Below are positions 9,016 to 16,384 of a stretch of DNA of 20,000 nt, in pieces. The number at the start of each line of letters is the position of its first letter. The first letter of the stretch is position 1. This stretch comes from an uncultured virus (IMG/VR IMGVR_UViG_3300032177_000007) (lineage: Duplodnaviria; Heunggongvirae; Uroviricota; Caudoviricetes), in IMG/VR virus record IMGVR_UViG_3300032177_000007; one strand, written 5' to 3'. The notes under the pieces are model-generated. The model was not told where the DNA came from and did no database searches. It was given only the letters and a program-made list of their open reading frames with translations. Made by a program: the position numbers and the translations under genes.

Positions 9016-10983
9016 TCAAATAAGATAGTTAGGCACATCAAGAATAAACTCTGTTACCTGAGGTGAAAAACACCCCCGTGAATAGAATCTAGTTTTTGCT
9101 TTCAAATACACTGAATTAATAGGTAATGACAAAGGAATTTGTGGTATCGTGAAAAAACCACTGTTAAAGGTTGCACTTATCCATTCTCCCTGAGCAGGAT
9201 CAGAAGGATTTGTTATATGCTTTGCAGGAGTCTCTTCCCATACAGTAATCCAATCAGACCATGTAGCACCTTTATTAAATGAAATACAAACGTCAAAAAA
9301 TAGTTTTGTGTATCCCGCAATAAGACCTTTACATTTCATTCGAGGATTATCTGTTATTCCGACTATTGTCAAATCGTAAATTGCAACTCGACTCCCTTCC
9401 AACTCATATGAACTAAAGTCTGTATACCATACATCACTCGGATTTCCTGAACCTTCATATACAAGAGTTGAGGAATTTCCACTATCCTGATCAGAGCGAT
9501 CTTCAGGGACACTTCCAAATACCTCTATGGTAGGAACAAACTGCCCGTGATTTAATCCATGGCGTATTGCTCCTGAAGATATTGTCTTATATATGGGACC
9601 TCCCAAAACTCGCTGGTAAAAAATGTTTTTTCCACCTGCGCCCCAAGTCTCTATACTTGTTCCAAGTGAAACATTCTGAGGTGAATCAAATGTATTATGA
9701 GTGGGATAAGTGCTACCCCAAAAGCCTAGTTGACACCAACCATTTGAACCCCAACCTCTTAACTTACTATAAGTTGTGTCATAAATAAGACCACTCCACC
9801 AGCTTGCGATGATTTTGTTTGCATATACAGGAGTGGTTTTATTAGACTCAAATACTTGCAAAGGAGTTATTGATTCTTCAATACCAGAAGCAACGCTATC
9901 TTTATCTCTACATAATTGTTCGTAGTGATTATCACCCCAACACCAAATTGAGTTATTACTCTTAAGAGCAATTGAGTGTTGACGTCCTGCAGATACTTTT
10001 ATCACATTTGTTAACACAGATAAAGATAATCGTTGAAAAACTTTGACAACAATATCTTGACCTTGTGCAACTCCTACTGCATCTGACAATTGTTTTCTTT
10101 TATTACTTCCTGCACCCCAAACTGATCCATCACTTTTAACCAAAAGAGAATGCCTGTATCCTCCAGAGACGGCGACTACATTTGTCATTGCAGGGACAGC
10201 TGTAGGAATCAAGCGATCTTCTAAAGTACCTCGCCCCAACTGACCACTTCCATTCCATCCCCATGTGTAAACCGAGCCATCATTTTTGAATGCGATGGAA
10301 TGAAAACTTCCTGCAGCAATTCCTGTTACACTATCTAAAACTTGAACTGGGGTTTCCTGGGGGACATAAGAGTTATTTCCTACTTGACCATAATTGTTTC
10401 TTCCCCAGGCCCAGACTGTTCCGTTACTTTTCAAAGCAAGAACATGATAATCACCAGCTGCAACTTGAACAACATCAATTAACGAAGTAGGAACATAAGT
10501 ATCACGCTCTTCACGTGTTCCATCGCCTAATTGACCGAAAAAGTTTAGACCTTGACACCATGCCCTATTATCAGAACGAATGATAACAACTACAGTTTCG
10601 CCAATACTTACACCTTTGATTTGATCAGAATCAAGAGTTGATATTTTATCTAGTTCAAGGTATCCTGCATCAGCATTAATATGCTCGAGAACCCCAAACT
10701 CAAAATCAGATTGATCATCTTCGTCGCGATAGAAATCTTGAAATGTTCCAATCAAAGTCTCAAGTTCAACAGTTCGTTGAGTAGTGTAAGTGCGATGACG
10801 GAAAGATCTAAACTTGATGTTAGCTTCGATAACATTGAGCCAGCTGTCAACCAAGGACTCAGGAGTGGGATCTTCTGGCAAATGTGGGAGAGACATACTT
10901 TTTTCAAGGGGCAAGCCAGACTGCCTCTCAACATCCATAAAGCCAGAAATGTTGCTCTGTCTTTGCCTCTTCAAGAGTGACAT
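9016..10983 (-). CDS. RCC1/BLIP-II-like beta-propeller protein, probably virion-associated
   Basis: 655-aa ORF with about 7 RCC1-type blades, e.g. VAAGDYHVLALKSNGTVWAWGRNNYGQVG, IAAGSFHSIAFKNDGSVYTWGWNGSGQLG, VSAGRQHSIALKSNNSIWCWGDN. TAATG stop/start overlap with the upstream gene. Confidence 0.88.
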   Translation of the reverse strand: MSLLKRQRQSNISGFMDVERQSGLPLEKSMSLPHLPEDPTPESLVDSWLNVIEANIKFRSFRHRTYTTQRTVELETLIGTFQDFYRDEDDQSDFEFGVLEHINADAGYLELDKISTLDSDQIKGVSIGETVVVIIRSDNRAWCQGLNFFGQLGDGTREERDTYVPTSLIDVVQVAAGDYHVLALKSNGTVWAWGRNNYGQVGNNSYVPQETPVQVLDSVTGIAAGSFHSIAFKNDGSVYTWGWNGSGQLGRGTLEDRLIPTAVPAMTNVVAVSGGYRHSLLVKSDGSVWGAGSNKRKQLSDAVGVAQGQDIVVKVFQRLSLSVLTNVIKVSAGRQHSIALKSNNSIWCWGDNHYEQLCRDKDSVASGIEESITPLQVFESNKTTPVYANKIIASWWSGLIYDTTYSKLRGWGSNGWCQLGFWGSTYPTHNTFDSPQNVSLGTSIETWGAGGKNIFYQRVLGGPIYKTISSGAIRHGLNHGQFVPTIEVFGSVPEDRSDQDSGNSSTLVYEGSGNPSDVWYTDFSSYELEGSRVAIYDLTIVGITDNPRMKCKGLIAGYTKLFFDVCISFNKGATWSDWITVWEETPAKHITNPSDPAQGEWISATFNSGFFTIPQIPLSLPINSVYLKAKTRFYSRGCFSPQVTEFILDVPNYLI

Positions 10984-11498
10984 TAAATCAATCCGCCTTT
11001 TAGGACTACTCCATTAGCAGATCCTCCAATGACAGTAATATGTACTCCTACATAAGCTGCTCCTTGAAGGTCCCATTCAAGTCGAGGGCTTTTGTAGTTG
11101 CCACTCGAGGCTCCCATCCTGAACTTTGCTGTCCCCATAGCGGACGTTTTTGTAGTACCAATTCCAATTACCGTACCACCTACATTGAAAAAGATTGGAG
11201 TGATACTTACATCACCATCATTTGCTACATGCTCAACATCTATGATCAACGTAGTTTTGTCACCCACGGTAAGTTTGGTGCTGATTAATTCTGCGGGTGA
11301 ATTTGTTAAATCAATGCTATCGGCGGAAGAAATTGGTGCGCCTACTCCTCGTAGAGTAACTTGTGAAAGTTCTCGTTGTGCAATATCGATAAGCTGAATT
11401 ACACGAGCATGGGCTCCACCATCATTTTCCCTTGCATCGCGTGTTGCAACATACTCACCACTTTCTTGATCAGCGATTCGAGTGGATTTTTCCGCCAT
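10983..11498 (-). CDS. Hypothetical beta-rich protein, possibly a small virion structural protein
   Basis: 171-aa ORF with GAGGAG RBS upstream and Gly/Thr/Val/Ile-rich alternating strands; translationally coupled to the RCC1 gene. Confidence 0.75.
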   Translation of the reverse strand: MAEKSTRIADQESGEYVATRDARENDGGAHARVIQLIDIAQRELSQVTLRGVGAPISSADSIDLTNSPAELISTKLTVGDKTTLIIDVEHVANDGDVSITPIFFNVGGTVIGIGTTKTSAMGTAKFRMGASSGNYKSPRLEWDLQGAAYVGVHITVIGGSANGVVLKGGLI

Positions 11499-11985
11499 CG
11501 TGCCGTCTCCTCAAAAGAGCTTTAGCTGTACAAATTCGGAAAATTTTCTCCTCGTCAAGGACTACTCCTAAGATTCGTTCTAATTCAGATCTTAAAACAA
11601 AATCCCTGCCACCTAGAGAAATCATTTTAATGTCGCTCAGTATAGCGGCTTTTCTAAAACTCTCCTTCGGAATTCTTGTCAATACAGATGCTTCCTCTAA
11701 TGTTAACATAAGAGTCATGAGTTTGAACTTTTCACTAAGTGTCAATCTTTGTACAAATCTTTTACCAATCTCACTGAATGGAATGGAATGATACCGTGTA
11801 AGGAAGTTGGCTATATCTTTAGTAAACTTCCTCGGGAGCATATTACAGTCAATCCACCATCTATTATACAAGAAAAAGGAACCATCGAATTTCTGGATTG
11901 TTTTATGATACTGGTTAGCATGAAGCTTACACAAAAACTTTAGAATATGCCCCTGAATCACCTTCATATCTTCTAAATTGATCAA
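11470..11985 (-). CDS. Helix-turn-helix DNA-binding protein (excisionase/MerR-like HTH_17 type) with unknown N-terminal domain
   Basis: LTLEEASVLTRIPKESFRKAAILSDIKMISLGGRDFVLRSELERIL matches the LTxxEAAxxL...wing...xxELxxxL pattern. Start uncertain (TTG 11985 or ATG 11967). Confidence 0.7.
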   Translation of the reverse strand: MINLEDMKVIQGHILKFLCKLHANQYHKTIQKFDGSFFLYNRWWIDCNMLPRKFTKDIANFLTRYHSIPFSEIGKRFVQRLTLSEKFKLMTLMLTLEEASVLTRIPKESFRKAAILSDIKMISLGGRDFVLRSELERILGVVLDEEKIFRICTAKALLRRRHDGGKIHSNR

Positions 11986-12004
11986 ATGCTAGAATTAAAC
12001 ACCC

Positions 12005-12661
12005 TCACTCCCCATTTCCATTGAATATACTATCTTTCTCATAATATATAGGAACATTCACCTTTAGGACACGCATTACCTTTAAAACTTTCTTCGAAAC
12101 TGTATTTGCTGAGATTTCAATTATCTTGGATATATCTTCTAAAGGAAATCGGGGGTAATTAAAGAGTCCATGGAAAAGCAGAAAACATAAACATTCAATC
12201 ACATCGATTTGTTCACTTTCTAATAATTTATATATAGAAAGTTCAACGATACGTCGATAATGACAACGAGAGACTACTTCATTAGATGAGGTAACAAAAT
12301 TAGGATGAGGAGACTTCGAATATGATTTCTTGTCTTGTGAGCCTTCTTCTATGTCTAGAAAGCTTTCAGAGATAGAAGAAATATGGATTTCGTTGTTATT
12401 TATTTTGCGATTAAGATATAAAGGAATGTAAACAGGGTGTTGGAGTTCTCTGATAGCTCGTAGGACGTGATGCCAAATATACTGTCTAACGAAGTGAGAT
12501 TGCTGGGGAAGGCTTAAGTCCTCGTCAAGCCTTCCCAACGCTTCAAAAAGACCCACGCACCCACTTTGGAAAAGGTCGTCAAATGAAACCTTCGTCCGTT
12601 TACAAAGTCTGGCTGCGTGATATCTTACTACTGGTACATATTTTTCCCAATTACTCTCCAC
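12005..12661 (-). CDS. Phage-encoded RNA polymerase sigma-70 family factor
   Basis: Region 2-like DDLFQSGCVGLFEA (cf. DLIQEGNIGLMKA) and YIWHHVLRAIRELQHPVYIP (cf. [20 protein letters not shown]); region 4-like HTH HGLFNYPRFPLEDISKIIEISANTVSKKVLKVMRVLK. Confidence 0.85.
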   Translation of the reverse strand: MESNWEKYVPVVRYHAARLCKRTKVSFDDLFQSGCVGLFEALGRLDEDLSLPQQSHFVRQYIWHHVLRAIRELQHPVYIPLYLNRKINNNEIHISSISESFLDIEEGSQDKKSYSKSPHPNFVTSSNEVVSRCHYRRIVELSIYKLLESEQIDVIECLCFLLFHGLFNYPRFPLEDISKIIEISANTVSKKVLKVMRVLKVNVPIYYEKDSIFNGNGE

Positions 12662-13157
12662 CTTCAGTCCCTGATACGCCTACAAGCGTCGTTGAGACTC
12701 TAATGTCCTCTAAGATTTTGAGGTTAGGAGTCCACGATCCATAACGCTTAAAGGTAGTCAGGAACTCTTCGACGTCGTGCTTCACGACAATCCATTTGTC
12801 CTCTACATGGCCAACATGTGAAAGCTCATGATGAAGCAAAGCTTCTTTCTGATGATCCGTAAGGATATCCCACGTTTCCTTATGGAGACAAATAACAAAA
12901 TCGTAAGCGGTTAGATGTCGCCATTTTCCAGTTGTTTTGGCACAATCACCCGAATGTGACCAAGACCCCAGACGAAATAAGTATTTGACTTTTGCAGCCT
13001 TGCTGACATCAAGTTCTGCACACTTCGCAATGATTTTTTGGGTCATCTCCTCAATCATAGGAGAAGCATCCTCATATGCTTTCTCACGTTTGACAACGGA
13101 CTTTTTGAGAATGGTCTCCAACAGCATATCAGTATTGAAAATCAAGTCCTTAGCCAT
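12651..13157 (-). CDS. Putative phage metallopeptidase (HELxH, HDxEEF family)
   Basis: YDFVI...W..L...QKEALLHHELSH...KHDVEEF...RYGSW signature; AGGAGG RBS. Confidence 0.85.
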   Translation of the reverse strand: MAKDLIFNTDMLLETILKKSVVKREKAYEDASPMIEEMTQKIIAKCAELDVSKAAKVKYLFRLGSWSHSGDCAKTTGKWRHLTAYDFVICLHKETWDILTDHQKEALLHHELSHVGHVEDKWIVVKHDVEEFLTTFKRYGSWTPNLKILEDIRVSTTLVGVSGTEGGE

Positions 13158-13160
13158 ATC

Positions 13161-13502
13161 TCACCCTCCTTTGATATCTATGTAAACTTGCCGTTCACTC
13201 CTATACCGCAGTACCACATCATTTCGAGATTTCACGTGTGATTTTACAACTTCCCTAATAAATCTTTTACCTATCTCGACTTGGTTGTCCTTACACACTT
13301 GCTCTACGAGATCGGTAAAATCTAAAATTGGAAATGGTAACCTCCCTTTTGTTTTCAACTGATCAATCAAGTTCTCTGAAACCTCTTTAATGAAATGAAC
13401 TTTTGATCCAGGTTTGGAATTACGAAATACAGACTCAAAATCAACGAATTTCTTAAGATCGATATCCCGAATACTAAATGTGAACTCAGCTATTGCACCC
13501 AT
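13161..13502 (-). CDS. Hypothetical protein, possibly winged-helix
   Basis: 113-aa ORF in the coupled gene run; GGGAG upstream; amphipathic helices then a terminal beta-hairpin-like segment. Confidence 0.7.
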   Translation of the reverse strand: MGAIAEFTFSIRDIDLKKFVDFESVFRNSKPGSKVHFIKEVSENLIDQLKTKGRLPFPILDFTDLVEQVCKDNQVEIGKRFIREVVKSHVKSRNDVVLRYRSERQVYIDIKGG

Positions 13503-13858
13503 GGATATTTACTTAACTCCCGAAGTATATCTTTATAATCATCTGACATAAATGATCTAATCACTTCACTAGACAGATTACGAAACTGCATAGGAAGGGA
13601 TGCATCATGTAAGATAACTGATAAAGATTCCTTCATAAAGACTATCAAGGGAGTCAGCAGTGATACAATCTTATCCATGCACTTCAATGATTCAACCGTC
13701 TCCCCTTTAGCAGTACGAATCAAAGTTTCATGAATACCGCAAATTACAACAGCGTCACATAGATTACTGAAAATGCCATGTAACTGGCGGTGCATTGAAT
13801 GACTCGCACCTAATGTGGAGCCTATTACTTGAACCATTAACTTATTCTCTTCACTCAT
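13490..13858 (-). CDS. Hypothetical alpha-helical protein
   Basis: 122-aa ORF; TGATG overlap with the dUTPase stop. Confidence 0.7.
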   Translation of the reverse strand: MSEENKLMVQVIGSTLGASHSMHRQLHGIFSNLCDAVVICGIHETLIRTAKGETVESLKCMDKIVSLLTPLIVFMKESLSVILHDASLPMQFRNLSSEVIRSFMSDDYKDILRELSKYPWVQ

Positions 13859-14340
13859 CAGAGTCGCCCCGTTGATCCCACCCCTTGAGACCCCCTAGTT
13901 GTCTCGATCTCATCCAGATTCGCTTTATAAGGAACAACCTCAGGCTTCAAAGTGATTACTAATTGAACTAGTCTCTCCCCATAAAGAACAGGAACCGTGT
14001 AACCAGAAGTCGAAATAAAAGGCATTAGTACGCCTTTATATCCAGCATCCCATACAGAGAGAGCGGTAATGCCTTTACTTCTGGCTGAACTACGAGAAAC
14101 AACGAAACCTACATAACCTTGTGGAATACAAACAGAAATCCCACAATAAATTTTGTAAGTTTTATGGGGCTGTAAAATGAATGGGTTGCCGATCAAGAAA
14201 GGAATTTCGTCTGGGTGGCATGGAGTTTCTATAATACCAAACGTTTGAAGATCAAACCCTGCATCCCAAGAATGCTTTAGAGTCAAATCTTCAACCCTGC
14301 CAGTTAGCAGGTGCTTTTGATAAGGTAAATAAACCTTCAC
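13858..14340 (-). CDS. dut: Trimeric dUTP diphosphatase
   Basis: All five motifs: AGFDL, SRSS, VWDAGYKG, GERLVQL, RGSQGVGSTG. GTG start with GAGGTG RBS. Confidence 0.93.
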   Translation of the reverse strand: MKVYLPYQKHLLTGRVEDLTLKHSWDAGFDLQTFGIIETPCHPDEIPFLIGNPFILQPHKTYKIYCGISVCIPQGYVGFVVSRSSARSKGITALSVWDAGYKGVLMPFISTSGYTVPVLYGERLVQLVITLKPEVVPYKANLDEIETTRGSQGVGSTGRL

Positions 14341-14371
14341 AGGTACACCTCACATCGCTTCATTAGAAGGG

Positions 14372-14411
14372 TGAATCGGAAGAGAGCGGAGAGGTGCTCT
14401 CTTCCGATTCA
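14372..14411 (-). terminator. Perfect 16-bp stem-loop: terminator-like or mRNA processing/stabilising hairpin
   Basis: TGAATCGGAAGAGAGC (14372-14387) and GCTCTCTTCCGATTCA (14396-14411) with an 8-nt loop, 30 nt downstream of the 141-aa gene stop. No clear U-tract follows on the minus strand. Confidence 0.6.
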
Positions 14412-14441
14412 TAAGGCAATACCCAATGAAAAGCGGTGGGG

Positions 14442-14867
14442 CTACTTGCAGACCAAAAACAGCGTACGCCCTTCCTTCTGGGTTTCGACCTCGTCCCCCA
14501 GGATCTTCAGGACCGACTGGCCCAAGGTGTAGAAATACTGAGACTTCTTTCCCGCCTCAACTCCGAAGGAGTTGACAGCCACAGCCTTCACAGAAGTACC
14601 GAGGGGCAGTCTTTCCACACCCAATGCCTTCGCCTTTTCCAGCAGCTTGCGCACGACATCTGCGATCTGCGATGCAATCACAGACGGTGCACGGCCAGTT
14701 CCTCCGGCAGATGGCTTGGCCTCGCCGATCTTCTGCAACAGCGCATCAAGATCGATGCTCGTTGGAACGGGAACCACAACCGCGGCCTTCTTCGCCTTTG
14801 GGGCCTTCTCATCCGGCTTTCCTTCTACTTGCGCACCTGACTCAGGAATTTCAACCTTCAGCACCAT
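14442..14867 (-). CDS. Lys/Ala-rich basic hypothetical protein, GC-rich, possibly abundant DNA-binding protein
   Basis: 141-aa ORF with strong TAAGGAGG RBS and KAPKAKKAA linker; about 58% GC in a sampled line versus about 25-40% in sampled lines elsewhere. Confidence 0.85.
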   Translation of the reverse strand: MVLKVEIPESGAQVEGKPDEKAPKAKKAAVVVPVPTSIDLDALLQKIGEAKPSAGGTGRAPSVIASQIADVVRKLLEKAKALGVERLPLGTSVKAVAVNSFGVEAGKKSQYFYTLGQSVLKILGDEVETQKEGRTLFLVCK

Positions 14868-14879
14868 AATGATTCCTCC

Positions 14880-14978
14880 TTAAAGGTTTCTTGTGTTGTC
14901 CTCATGTTCTCTAACCTCTTGATACTTCTGACCCCACCCAAGGTAGATTTTAATCCTCTCCAACCTACCTTGTACCAA
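14880..14978 (-). CDS. Small ORF, 32 aa (MVQGRLERIKIYLGWGQKYQEVREHEDNTRNL)
   Basis: Near-perfect SD GGGAGGTGAT 6 nt before TTG; its TAA stop overlaps the TAAGGAGG RBS of the next gene. Below the ORF-track length cutoff. Confidence 0.55.
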   Translation of the reverse strand: MVQGRLERIKIYLGWGQKYQEVREHEDNTRNL

Positions 14979-15030
14979 CGTTGTATCACCTCCCTTCTGA
15001 TTACAAGATATACTGGTTCATGATAAAATA

Positions 15031-15115
15031 AACGGGGCACTAAACTTTAGTTTTCAATCTTTTTGTTCTTATTATAATTATAAGGCCACTTCAATTAAAA
15101 GTAACGGGGCACTAA
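15031..15115. promoter_or_regulatory. Candidate promoter/operator: two 13-bp direct repeats flanking a TATAAT palindrome
   Basis: AACGGGGCACTAA at 15031-15043 and 15103-15115; palindrome TTATAATTATAA at 15072-15083; lies in the largest non-coding gap of the window. Confidence 0.6.
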
Positions 15116-15116
15116 C

Positions 15117-16112
15117 TTAATATAATCCAATTCCAAAGATTCTTTTTAGCCCTGCATGAAGTCTATCATGTAAACTAATATTAGAATTTTCTATTGCTTC
15201 ATATTTTAAATTCCAAGGAAGAACTTCACAGAAAATCTTATATGGACGGGTTTCCAAGTACACCTGTTCTGACACTAAAGGACGAGTTCTCCAAAGAAAG
15301 TCAGAATTGTTCTTGATCTGTTTAAAATTTGGGCCAAAATGAATCTGTTCTTCTACTCTTGGAGTAGGAATAAACGGTTTGATCTTTAGGCCTAACTTAT
15401 AAAAACGAGAAACAAAGTATTGATAACATAACTCCCAAACAGCTTTAGGTATCTCTATTTGTGAGATAACTTTAGACGATTCTGCAATATAGAGTCTTGG
15501 CCTTTTTCCTAAACCTTGTTGGGACGTAGTTGCACTCTGAACTCGCACAGAAGAAATTGTACAAAAATATCTGTCACGAATCTGAGGATCGATAAACATA
15601 AAAGGAAATACACCTCCTTTAGTAGGAGGATCAAAGAAAGGATTTTTATACATGACCAGATAATCACTTTTCTGAACAGGCACACACTTTCGTCTAGCAT
15701 ATTGTAAAGTACAATTTGATCGGAGAATACAAGATAAACAATCTACACTTTTCTTAGTTTGGTAAATATTAACTAGACACTCAAGAAGATTATAAATCTC
15801 TTTATCCCAATCTGTTGGGATATAACGAAAAGGTGTTAATCCTAATGTATAAATTGATGAATAGACAGAGAAGGGTGAACCTAACCCATATCCTTTACAA
15901 TATTTACATGTTTGATGCCTACATGATTGATATCTTTTTTCAGTTGTATTGGGAACCAATTTGGTTGAAAATATCACGTACTGATTATTATAAGCTACAT
16001 TAATAATCTCAACACAAGGATTCAATAACCTAAAAGTCGAATGAGAGCAAAAGAAAATTCTCGTTTCAGGATTACTCGCGAGAAGAAGAACGCGATCCTC
16101 AAACGTTTTCAC
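15117..16112 (-). CDS. Cys-rich hypothetical protein, possible Zn-binding
   Basis: 331-aa ORF; CRHQTCKYC and CLSC...C...C clusters; GTGA overlap with the upstream stop. Confidence 0.75.
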   Translation of the reverse strand: MKTFEDRVLLLASNPETRIFFCSHSTFRLLNPCVEIINVAYNNQYVIFSTKLVPNTTEKRYQSCRHQTCKYCKGYGLGSPFSVYSSIYTLGLTPFRYIPTDWDKEIYNLLECLVNIYQTKKSVDCLSCILRSNCTLQYARRKCVPVQKSDYLVMYKNPFFDPPTKGGVFPFMFIDPQIRDRYFCTISSVRVQSATTSQQGLGKRPRLYIAESSKVISQIEIPKAVWELCYQYFVSRFYKLGLKIKPFIPTPRVEEQIHFGPNFKQIKNNSDFLWRTRPLVSEQVYLETRPYKIFCEVLPWNLKYEAIENSNISLHDRLHAGLKRIFGIGLY

Positions 16113-16384
16113 CCGGTACCTACATGACGGAAAAGTAATACAATTAGGGTTACTATGAGATTACCTAAAATACCCCCAGTAAGCCCAATTACTACAATCA
16201 TAAGTTTCGTCTTAGCACTCAGTGTCGACAAACCAGCACTCAAATCTTGTATTGTCTTACCACAAGAGCGACATCTCTCTTCAATGTTGTCAACGTCCTT
16301 ATCAATATCTTGTAAGGCACGAACAACATATCCTCTGAATTCAGCGACGCTCGTAGATAGTCTCAATCCTTCTCTAAGTACCAC
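16109..16384 (-). CDS. Coiled-coil plus C-terminal transmembrane protein (XhlA/holin-like topology)
   Basis: Heptad region followed by hydrophobic LMIVVIGLTGGILGNLIVTLIVLLF. GTG at 16384 with GGAG 6 nt upstream is preferred over the track start at 16426, which lies well inside the cupin gene. Confidence 0.65.
   Translation of the reverse strand: MVLREGLRLSTSVAEFRGYVVRALQDIDKDVDNIEERCRSCGKTIQDLSAGLSTLSAKTKLMIVVIGLTGGILGNLIVTLIVLLFRHVGTG

Noticed and set aside
14341..14441. tRNA or other known ncRNA in the intergenic gap
   Set aside because: Only a single long hairpin; no cloverleaf, T-loop consensus or CCA end recognised.
15031..15115. CRISPR mini-array or attachment site
   Set aside because: Only two 13-bp copies with a 59-bp gap; too short for CRISPR repeats, and no cas or integrase gene is visible.
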